From Hormiphora californensis (lineage: Eukaryota > Animalia > Ctenophora): 64,000 nt of DNA. The notes beneath the pieces are model-generated. The model did no database searches. It saw only the letters and a list, made by a program, of their open reading frames with translations, and had not been told where the DNA came from. Position numbers and translations under genes: made by a program. The stretch is taken from positions 6,572,001 through 6,636,000 of the forward strand of contig CM035357.1 in assembly GCA_020137815.1 (NCBI GenBank), written 5' to 3'. Shown in pieces: positions 53,433 through 64,000 of the stretch (position 1 is the first letter of the stretch; each line of letters starts with the position of its first letter).

Positions 53433-54461
53433 ATGGATCAACTCCTCAACACTACTACAACGAACTCCACTGACCTCCCTCTCTCAGTGATCCTTGGTGA
53501 GGTAACACTAACAGGATTATCACTTCTAACCACTGTGGTAGGACTCCCAGCAGCTCTACTCCAACTAACCTACCTAGTCATGATACCATCAGAGAGGACC
53601 CAGCTGATTAACCAACTATTCCTAATGATCTGCCTTGTTGACGTGGGGTTACTGGTATTCTACATCCCTGTGATAATCAGCTATCTAGCAGGCAGGGATC
53701 CAGTTATATTCGGTATTCCCCACTTTTGTACCCTGTGGAGGATCGGGTGGTTCAGCCTCAGTCGTCTGTCAATCTTCACAATATCTCTTCTCAGCGTGGC
53801 TCGGACCCAGTCCCTTATCTGCCCCTTTTCCAGCGCACCTCGAGCCCGTACAGTGGTTATCCTCACGCTCTCTTACCTCATACTAATGATAGTGCAATCA
53901 ACTAGTCATCTTTGGGACGATGAAAACAGCTATGTTTATGTTAGGAAGATAGTGAAATGTGGACCTAACCACCCACCTAAAGAGGGTGGTGGTCCTCCCA
54001 GTCTCTCTCTCACCTACACCATTATCACGACTCTAGAGGTGGTGGTGCCACTGTTTGCTGTCACTCTCAGTGGGTGTCTGAGCGTCCATCATATTAGAGG
54101 GACTAGTAGCAGGGCCACTGTCACAATTCTTCTTATGACTGGTGTTTATATTGTTCTCAATACCCCGATTGTCATGTTCTATATCGTAGTCACTACTTGG
54201 AGTTTCTTCCTCCCGGACAACAAGGGCTTGGAGAAGTTCGTGCTGTGGTATTTTGATCCGACTATTAATGGAGTGAAGTACGCTCACTTCCAAAACTTTG
54301 CCTACACTCTGAGTGTGCCTCTCAATTCGTTGTGTAATGTCATAATATGGATATCCCGATCTGAGCCAATGAGGAAGTGGCTGAAGACTAAGGCGAGGAA
54401 AGTCTCAGGAAGAAAGAAACGATTCCAACGTCTACCTAACACTCAAAATACCGACTTATAA
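53433..54461 (+). CDS. Orphan rhodopsin-like 7TM GPCR, intronless (paralogue B)
   Basis: 342-aa ORF collinear with paralogue A (LSVART, TTLEVVVPLF, RATVTILL, LNSLCNVIIW). Confidence 0.88.
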   Translation: MDQLLNTTTTNSTDLPLSVILGEVTLTGLSLLTTVVGLPAALLQLTYLVMIPSERTQLINQLFLMICLVDVGLLVFYIPVIISYLAGRDPVIFGIPHFCTLWRIGWFSLSRLSIFTISLLSVARTQSLICPFSSAPRARTVVILTLSYLILMIVQSTSHLWDDENSYVYVRKIVKCGPNHPPKEGGGPPSLSLTYTIITTLEVVVPLFAVTLSGCLSVHHIRGTSSRATVTILLMTGVYIVLNTPIVMFYIVVTTWSFFLPDNKGLEKFVLWYFDPTINGVKYAHFQNFAYTLSVPLNSLCNVIIWISRSEPMRKWLKTKARKVSGRKKRFQRLPNTQNTDL

Positions 54462-55013
54462 TTCACATATAATTGAGGTGAGGGCTGACACAAAGTTATA
54501 CACCGGTGCAGCAGTAGTGATATACACCGGTGCAGTAGCGATATCTAGACATATCTTTATTTATCTTCAAACGTTCTTCGCGGAGACAGTACAAACAGTT
54601 TCAGGGCAATTGAACTTTCTCTCACTATTCCTGAACAAGAAGTGTGGAAAACGGAGACGGTATATATAATTATTGTCTTCAGTGTACTACCATATTTTAT
54701 CTATTGTATGTCTTGAACCTTTGCTATAATGAATTCTTTAGTTGCCAATCAGGGGTGTGATTAATTAATTGAGTGCTTGCTGAGCACACATGCAAAGTAT
54801 GGGTACCATGGGCCGAGATCGTGTGAGCAATCAAATTATACCTCGACCATTATCTCTGACCCTCTCCCTCTCTCTCTCTCTCTCTCCCTTTCTCTCTCTC
54901 TCTCTCTCTCTCTCCCCTCTCACCTCTAGTCTCTCTAGATAGTCAGTTACCATAAATCTTGTGTTTTATGTACGGTGTGCTTGCAAGGTTTGTTGTTTAG
55001 AGATTAAAAAGAT

Positions 55014-55085
<72 letters not shown>

Positions 55086-55175
55086 AGAGAGATAGAGAGA
55101 TAGAGAGGATAGAGAGACCAACAGCAACACAAAACAATTTGACTGCTGCAGTGCTCTATCCCACACACCTCTCTC

Positions 55176-55215
<40 letters not shown>

Positions 55216-55539
55216 CGTCTCTCTCTCCGTCTCTATCCTATCGTTTCAATACCATTACAGCTTGTCTCAGTGATCAGCGCCTGAGCTACACGGGACACCA
55301 TTTCTCTGTACAATCCCTCTCTCGTGTGTCCTACTGCATCTCTCCCCAACACCCAACTCCTCTCTCTATACTACTTGTGGAGGCAGCAACGACTCAACCA
55401 GGCGCACCAACAGAGGGATCTATAGCAGTGGATAATAGCCAATAAACAAGACAGGTAGGTGACAGTTATGAGAGGAGGGATCATCCCTCCCCGTCACATA
55501 TTGTCCTATTCTTGTATAACTGTCGTGTGGGCGGTAGGC

Positions 55540-55603
<64 letters not shown>

Positions 55604-55790
55604 TCAGATAGATAGAGAGAGATAGAGAGAGATAGAGACTGGGTAGGATGGTTTATGATAGTAGGTTTGTTACATGGTGCTTGCTTATTAATTATTATGT
55701 AGGTCTTGGATGAACAATGTAATCAACGATCAAGAACAAGATTATTGCTATCATATATGCAGGTCCTTTACTCTTTAGGTTGATTTTTTC

Positions 55791-55841
<51 letters not shown>

Positions 55842-57284
55842 CCATCGGCCCTATTTCTTTAACTACTCCTAAATGAGTGCACACTGCACAGCTGGATTTA
55901 TGAGATTCAGAAGCAAAGTGTGAAAATCACCGAAGATTATCTTCCGGGCCTGAGGGATCCTCGAGGATCCCCCCTTCTACTCGATCTCTCCCCACCCCGA
56001 TCACAACCATCTATTTGTTAGCCTCTACTAAATTATTCCCACGATAGTTTGTCCTCTCACAACTGATTCTTCCTAATTTGTAATCCATACTCAATGTGAG
56101 AGAGAGTGACACGATATCATTATTACACCGATTTGCCAACGTCAGACACCAAATAATCATCCAATGATTCTACATCTGCTGAAAAATTGTCATTTGTGAT
56201 AGTTATAACTCGTGAACCGCCAATTTATTGTTGATATATAATCAAGCTATTGCTGTTTGAGGATTATTCTATCGAGAGAGGGACGCTCGCGCTCAGCTAG
56301 TTGAAATGTTCGGGAACCATCTGAAACGGAAATCTCGAGCCACCGAACATAAATTTGATCTCCGAAAGCTATTACGGAGACACAACCAAAAGGAGAAAAG
56401 GTGAAATATTCTCCACGATCACCCCCTCACCCCTCCCCCTCCCTCCCCGGCCCCGACCCAACCAAAAAGAGGTGAATATTCCCCCACGTACTGCTGTATT
56501 TGATCATATTGCTGCACTCACAAGGTGTCAAATGCCATTTAAATATTTGGTCATATCATTATATTACGACATTACTGGGTAGTATTACTGGGCATGTAAC
56601 TTTCATATTTTCTTGGTCACGTCACCCTTTGCCCCTAAAGTATGGTTTTACAGCATTTGCTTGTTTTTTGATAGCTACTGTTGCTGCACAGCTGCCAAGT
56701 TTCAATTGTAAATACACAGCCCTGTGTCATATCAATTAAAAGTGTGAGAGAAAGCAGTGTGACTCAAAAGCCACAAACATGGTTTTTTGTACCACTTCTA
56801 TATTCCTTAGTTGTAATCCTATTTGTGTGTAATGCATTGTCGGTGGGAGGGGTAAAACAATGTGTTGGAGATCGATCTAGAGAGTCTCCTGTAGCTCTTC
56901 TAGTACAACATTATATGCATGTGTAGTGTCGTATTCACTGTAATTCATGTAGCGGGTATGTGCTAACTCCTTCTCAGCTCTACTAGTTGGGGGTAACTCT
57001 CTCAGCTCTACTAGTTGGGGGGGGGGGGGGGTTAGCGACAGCTGGTGCATCGGTGCATAATATTACTGGGGAGCTGCAGCAGTTTAATATGTTGGTATTC
57101 AATGGGATCAGTCTAGCTTAACATGCAGTATACAGACCCGTATTGTAGCCCCCGTATTGTGCGAGAATTCTATAGCCTAATTGAGCACTGTTATAATATT
57201 CAAGTGACCTAATAATAGTCCTGTTAGAACTGTGTCGTGTAACTTGTGGGGTGTTTCTAAGTGGAACTTCTTCATAGTACAGAT

Positions 57285-58945
57285 CAGGAAGCGACCGAAT
57301 ATTCGGTTCGGTTCGAAAATTCGGTGTTTTTTCGGTGGTTCGGTTCGGTTCGGTTCGGTGGAAAATTTTGGCCGAATCACCGAATTTTTTGTTCAAAAAA
57401 TGGCCAAAAATCGGGCTTTTCGGCCATCATTTGTCAATTATTTCACGAAAATTTGTATGGATTTCAATGTCAATTTTGCCGTATGAACCCTGTTTTGAAT
57501 CGACGATGCTATGTGGAAGTGATTTCGCTGATTAGCGGGCTCGATATAGATTGATTTTATACGTGACTTCCCATGGAATCATGTCCTCATAAGGGAGTCA
57601 TTTCAGATGCTTTTTTATCAAAAAATTCATGGAGTGCATCGATCAAGGTGTTGAGAATCATTCTTTGAAAATTTGTAAAAAAGTTTGGAAAATATTTCAA
57701 AGTCAATTTTGTGAAAAATTTTCAAAGTCAAATTTTTCGAAAATTTTCTAAGTCAATTTTTGCGTACGAATCGTGTTTCGAATCGGCAATGCTAAGCGGG
57801 AGTGATGTTGATAATTAGCGGGTTCGAGATGGATTGTGCTGATACATGATCCCCAATCAAGTGTAATTAGGAAATTTAGGGGGACATGATTCATTGTCTA
57901 ATTAGCAGCATCACGTATCAGCAAAATCCATCTCTAACTCGCAAATTAGAAACAAAACTCCCGCTTAGCAGTGCCGATTCGAAACACGATTCGTATACCA
58001 TAATTTTGACTTGAAAAATTTTTCAAAACTTTTTTCACAAAATTTCTTGGAATGATTCTCAATACCTTGATCGATGCTCTCCATGAATTTTTAGAAAAAC
58101 ATTAAATTTTCGAAAATTTTCGAAGTCAATTTTTGCGTACGAATCGTGATTCGAATCGACAATGCTAAGCGGGAGTGATGTTGCTAATTAGCCAGTTCAA
58201 GATGAATTGTGCTGGTACGTGAACCCACATCGAATCTAATTAGGAAATTTAGGGGTAACACGATTCATCGTCTAATTAGCGACAGTATTTCCAGATATCA
58301 TCACTGATTCGAATCACGATTCGTAATCGTACGCAAAAATTTTCGAAAATTTAATGTTTTTCTAAAAATGCATGGAGAGCATCGATCAAGGTATTGAGAA
58401 TCATTCCAAGAAATTTTGTGAAAAAAGTTTTGAAAAATTTTTCAAGTCAAAATTATGGTATACGAATCGTGTTTCGAATCGGCACTGCTAAGCGGGAGTT
58501 TTGTTTCTTATTTGCGAGTTAGAGATGGATTTTGCTGATACGTGATGCCGCTAATTAGACAATGAATCATGTCCCCCTAAATTTCCTAATTACACTTGAT
58601 TGGGGATCATGTATCAGCACAATCCATCTCGAACCCGCTAATTATCAACATCACTCCCGCTTAGCATTGCCGATTCGAAACACGATTCGTACGCAAAAAT
58701 TGACTTAGAGAATTTTCGAAAAATTTGACTTTGAAAATTTTTCACAAAATTGACTTTGAAATATTTTCCAAACTTTTTTACAAAATTTCAAAGAATGATT
58801 CTCATTGATCGGTGCACTCCATGAATTTTTTGATAAAACTTTGCATATGAAAAATTTGCTGTGGTTCGGTTCGGTTCATTTCGGTAAAATTTTTTTCCGA
58901 TTCGGTTCGGTTCGGTGGTAAAAATCCCGGTTCGGTCGTTTCCTG
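57285..58945. mobile_element. Non-autonomous hAT-type element with a ~1.2-kb internal palindrome
   Basis: TIRs CAGGAAGCGACCGAA / TTCGGTCGTTTCCTG, 8-bp TSD GTACAGAT, subterminal (TTCGG)n arrays, and inverted arms ~57615-58145 / ~58327-58838. Confidence 0.88.
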
Positions 58946-59646
58946 GTACAGATACATTACTGTTTAGCTAGCTGTAGTTGTTCTGAGATCTAACAAGTTC
59001 TTAGTTTGTTTGATTAACTTCCACGGTCTAACCTCCGGCCAAACATTAATAATTCCTAGTGATATGTTTCTATAAAGAGTGTAGAGAGAGTGTAGAGATC
59101 TAGCAATTCCTAATTCCCAATTTCTAACACAGCTCCTCTTTCAGACTCATGTTTGGAATACACAAGGGTGCAGTGAGGTGGGATGACATCAACGATACAC
59201 CAATCACAAAACAGAAACACGGTACTAAATTACTTCTTTATGTGAAATTAGGAAAATACTAGATCCTTGTGCTTTGTAAATTTCCCGACAAATTTCCAGC
59301 TACTACCATATTTCATTTCACCACACCTCTTCCTTTTGGAAAAGGTACTGCCATGTAGTCCCATCTAATCATGAAGATCACAAAAAGTAACTCCACTTCC
59401 TGCAGCGGTAGATATTGACTCGGATCCGGAGCAGCAAATGGAAATATGTCTCAAGCTAATTGGCACCCAACTCTACGCAATTGGAGGATACTTCCTTATT
59501 GCGTTCTTCCTTCTTTTCATCAGAATGACTTTCTTTCACTGACTACCACCACCAATCGATATGTGTGTTGTGCCCCTATAATATTGATCATAAAGGTTCA
59601 AGATTACGAGAACTATATTTTGATACCAGAAAATAATTGAACTCTC

Positions 59647-61161
59647 TCAGGAGCGACCTATTTTGAATCATGCTAGCTACACTATCAGTGTGAAGATATA
59701 TTAGTTTAATTGCTAGTTTCTACTACCACTTACCTATTGGTATCGCTGGTGGTCTGGTTCCACTGATCGTTAGCGGCTGAGCACACACCTGAAACATGTG
59801 ATAGTTATAATAGGAAGATACGATCTATACTAGTTTATGTTAGGAAATACATGCTTCTCCCCGTCTGCCAAATTTCCCAGTTAGCCGATTAAGACATTAA
59901 GTCTGCTGTGTGACATTATATCTAAAGATTAGGTTAATTACCTGTTTGTTAAATAGTGCAGGAGGATTGCTTTTCGCTTTCCTGATTACAACCCTAACTT
60001 CCTCCTCCACTCGTGATGCGTCTGATCTTGATTGTAACCTGTGTGTGTATTTCATATTATATTTCACATTATTAATGCAGTAAATCACGTTGTTTTTACG
60101 AACCTAAGTTGTGGAGTTGAAAGCGCCACTAGACTTGTTTTCAGTGGGACGGTTGGGGTGGTCTGAATCAGCTGAATCGAGCTCTTTACCCTCCTAGTTC
60201 TCCCCTCAGTTCTATTATTAGTGTTATACAACCTATCAAACACACTAGGTCTACTACCCCTTCGTTGAGGGAGGGCTTCAGTAGATCTGCTGGCTGGTCG
60301 AGGTGGCTGCTGTGGCGGTGACCGGGTTCGTGATCCCGTAGTATTAACAGAGCGACCAAATGCAACATTATCAGATTGGGTTGAGCGGGGTCTCAAACCA
60401 GAGGCTGAACTAGGACGTTTAACAGGAGATGATGACCGGGCAGGGGCTTGAGGTCGAACTTTCTGCGCTGATTTAGGCCTCTCTGATCTGTTGTTACAGG
60501 TGCCTGAATGGCCTAGATCAGTTGTAGAGGTGACTCTCTTTGTGTAACATTGATCATGGCGTCGTGAAGCAGCCCATGATGTCATCCCGTCTGGAACTGA
60601 TCCAATCGGTTTCACTACAATTTTACCCCTCGTTTTCTTGTTACTATTCCTCTCATACAGGATGATATTCTCCTGACTAAAATCCCCGAATTCCCCTCCC
60701 TCATCGGTAGATTTGGATGATTCTCCTGAGGTTGAATCTGCCATTTCGATACTACCTAACATCTCTTCATCACCCTTAGTCTCCTCACATGGAAACTTAA
60801 ACACCGTTACTTCACCATACGACTTTTTAGTGACTGAGTTTATCGGCCTAGAACCACTGTCTACCGATTGGTAGCTTTTATCCAGTAAATGATCGGCGTT
60901 AAAGACGTTGCACTGCACAGTTTTTGGAGGCTTCGGTGGAGGTTTATTGATCGATTTTGGCACTGCATTCTTATCCAGGCCACATTTAATGCACCATTTA
61001 CAGTAAACACTGTTTTCTGTACCACATCGCTTGCATTTGTAGTGGTTAGACCTGTCGGGCTCTTTCGAGGGTGCAATCAGAGGACAGTTGACGATGTCCA
61101 GGCGCATTCTTGCAGCCCTTTCCAATATCTCGTCTATCCCCGATATGTCTATATCAGTCAT
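59647..61161 (-). CDS. Uncharacterised protein: N-terminal C4 zinc ribbon and Ser/Arg/Pro-rich disordered region
   Basis: 358-codon ORF 61161-60085 with CKRCGTENSVYCKWCIKCG. A probable donor near 60104 leads to further small exons at ~60038-59942, ~59788-59734 and 59657-59647 with good GT-AG signals. Confidence 0.65.
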
Positions 61162-62242
61162 GGCCTAATTTGGGCTATTTCGACAGTCAGTTGATAGGAA
61201 TTTGGCACGGAAATGATAAAAAACGACAAATTTGGAATCTTAAAAAGAAAACACGAACGCCAGATTCGATTTTTTTCTTCAGCAAATGAAATCTGAAAAG
61301 GCCGCGCCGCGTCACCCTTAAGCAACGCTTTTTATCTTAGTTCGCGCGTTAACTGAACATGAATTGTCTGTCCTCATATTCGTTTGGCATCATATTCCTT
61401 TCGCCGTAATAACAAGAAATAGACGAAGTTTTACAAATTTTAAAACTAATGGACAATTAGACGTATCGGGTTATTGAATCTTCAAAAGAGAATCGGATAA
61501 TACCACCCATAGATTTCACCCGCACACAGACACACGTGTGGAAATATAAGGCCCAATTTTAAGGTTCAGCGACAGACATCACACAAAACCTAGGGGAAAC
61601 CCCTTCACTGTTAAACCAGATATATAGATCATATCCTCAAAGATAATCTGAGAAACACACTGAGGGTAACACGGTCGCTTGTAGTGGGAAAACGGTAATG
61701 GAAAACTGAGATACAGTAAGACGACGCGCAACCGTAGCCAATCAGGGCGCTAGTACGTGCTGAACACATGCACTTTATGCAACGTGCGTGTCTCCTTACT
61801 GTATTTCTATTACGGTAATACGACTACAAGCAGCATTGTAACATGCAGGTCCCAAGAATAGCGTGGAGTCACACACCCAAAGACACACTTTCACACACTA
61901 ACATATATATATCACACACAAACGAACAAAGTGTCTAGCAGGGCACGGGTTATTGAAAGACAGTATCAGTATTTACACTTACTCGAGATACATTATTATG
62001 GTCAGGCGGGTCTAATAGCAGTCCTTGATACCACAGGGGCCTGGACAAATAGTGGTCTCATAACTTGGACACGACAACGTTTTACACAATTATATTTCCC
62101 GGACAATCCCTCCCTATCCTCTCACAGTTATAGTTTAGTATTAATATGTTAATAGTTCATGTTGTTGAAGGTATTATAAAGATAGAATTTAAGAGGTTGA
62201 GTAAGAAATGGGGTTAACGTTAACTTTCCTTCTCTCTCGCTC

Positions 62243-62298
<56 letters not shown>

Positions 62299-62486
62299 TC
62301 TCTCACCCTCTCTTTATGCTGAAAAACGTGTTCAAAAATAAAAGTGTCTCTCTCTCCATACCGTTATATACCTTTGTGAAGCAGGTTGTTCAATCAAAAT
62401 GAACAAACACACACACAGAGAATTAGACCATGAAAAACATTGCTTAATAGAGTCCCTTTCTCTCACTCTCTCACTCTGCTTGTAGT

Positions 62487-63816
62487 TTATAGAAGTACAC
62501 ATCGCTTGAAAGGGTTGGACTTTTTGTGGGGTTTCACACATTTATCGCCCTCTTGCTGCTTCTGAGACGGAGAAGGGGATGTTAGAGTACAAGATCAAAC
62601 CAAAATGTTCATCAGAAAATAAGACACTGATAAAAGTAATTTAGGAAAGGAGAAATACTCACATATCGCCTGATTTCCCTGACAAGTGTGTAGAAAGCGT
62701 CATCCACCCCCTGTCGAGTTTTAGCTGATGTCTCAATATAGGGGATATCGAATTCCTTGGCTTTAGCATTAGCATCGTCAGATCGGACAGTTGGATGGGG
62801 CAGGTCTATCTTGTTCCCAACCACTAGGAGAGGAGAGAGAGGTTAGACACCGTCAAATGGATAGAGATAGTCAGATAGATCTCCATTATGTATTATAGAG
62901 GTCAGATAGAAGAGATGGAAAATGGAGAGAGAGAGAGGGAGATTTGATATGACGTCATTGTCATGATGATGTCACTGCTTGATGAGCTGGAGGCAGTGAG
63001 CAGGAGCCTGTAGGAAGTGCATGACCACTTTGTTGACCCAGCGAGAGAAGGAGGCTACAACAGTGCGCGTTGAGGCGCGCGTGTGTGTAAGGACAAATTG
63101 CTAACAGGAATACACTTTCGCGGGAAGACTCCTTCAGTGTGCTAGTCGCGTGTGCGCCAGAGCGGGATGAGAGTTAAATCGGACAACTTGAGAGACATGT
63201 TATAGAGAGACATGTTATAAAGAAAGACCTATGTTGGAGGGGGAGAACCTGGAAATAGTGGTGAGAGAAAATTCGGGGAATAGAGAGAGGGGTAAAAGAC
63301 AGCGAGAATGAAAGAGACATAGAGAAGCATTCTCTGAGAAAGACATGGAAGGATAGAATATAAATATACTCTGTTACAAGATGACGGCTGATTCTTGGAA
63401 GTATAAGAAACAAAAAGGGTGCCCCGGGGGTTAGATCGTGACGTGGTTTTATACTTACAGACCATGGGGACAACTTCAGAATCTTTGACACGACGAATCT
63501 GAAAATAAGAGAGATATGATGATCTTATCCTTAACTACCTAACATAAACAACATCTCTTTCTCTTCTGTTCTCTTTCAAACAAACTCATCGATATTTGGG
63601 ATATTTGACTTTACAAAGATATCAATACGTGATAGAAGTTAAAATCTGCCATCTCTTTTTTTAATCCCTATAATTTACCTGTTCCCTGTACAGGTTAACC
63701 TCTCTGAAGCTGTTCTCATTGTTAACTGCAAAGACACAAAGGAACCCCTCTCCGGTCCTCATGTACTGATCCCTCATTGCACTGTACTCCTCCTGCCCAG
63801 CTGTATCTAGGATGTC
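62487..63816 (-). CDS. Ras GTPase (H/K/N-Ras-like), 3' four exons; 5' part beyond the window
   Basis: [54 protein letters not shown]...[26 protein letters not shown], and [24 protein letters not shown] (CaaX). Confidence 0.95.
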
Positions 63817-64000
63817 CTGAAATAAGTTTGAGGTAAGAGGATCAGGAGCGTGGAATAATCTGGTTAAAATATATCAAGGGTTTGCGAATCCAGTTGATGA
63901 TATGAATAGTCATTGAGGAATTGGGGACCGTTATCAGTGCTATGTACTTGATAATCCAGTACTAGACACGAGAAGTAGACTGGAGAGAAGTAGTCTGGGG

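Noticed and set aside
55260-55455. Exon-like plus-strand segment between microsatellites
   Set aside because: Stops in all frames and no recognisable homology or partner exons.
63818-63870. aaataagtttgag|gtaag as a possible spliced-leader RNA gene
   Set aside because: It is simply the reverse complement of the Ras intron acceptor region, with no convincing leader or Sm site.

Overview
This is gene-dense eukaryotic (animal) DNA with GT-AG introns and many (AG)n microsatellites. It is most likely from a ctenophore; that is an inference from the nested genes, the orphan 7TM receptors and a secreted domain I associate with comb jellies. Genes recognised by hand-splicing, in order: the 3' end of UPF2 (+), with a secreted Sushi-domain gene and a LINE relic antisense in its upstream intron; a tight minus-strand run MRTO4 -> NCAPD3 -> WDR91; a divergent plus-strand run of a BTB-Kelch gene -> ZCRB1 -> NAXD, with an intronless archaemetzincin nested on the same strand in ZCRB1 intron 2; an alpha-arrestin and an F-box/LRR gene (-); ABCD4 (+); two intronless orphan GPCR paralogues (+); a Zn-ribbon/Ser-Arg-rich gene and the 3' part of a Ras gene (-). 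Non-autonomous transposons are abundant: Chapaev-like, hAT-like, Kolobok-like, Tc1-like and Helitron types, several of them branched palindromes. The most interesting signal is operon-like: co-oriented genes 190-420 bp apart with splice acceptors just upstream of their ATGs, suggesting polycistronic transcription resolved by SL trans-splicing. Other notable observations are tandem duplications that copy splice sites, a Pro/Gln/His extension on ZCRB1, and a tRNA-derived Pol III cassette inside a MITE. Several conserved genes carry small frameshifts, which are probably assembly errors. Exon boundaries were read by eye and have no RNA support.
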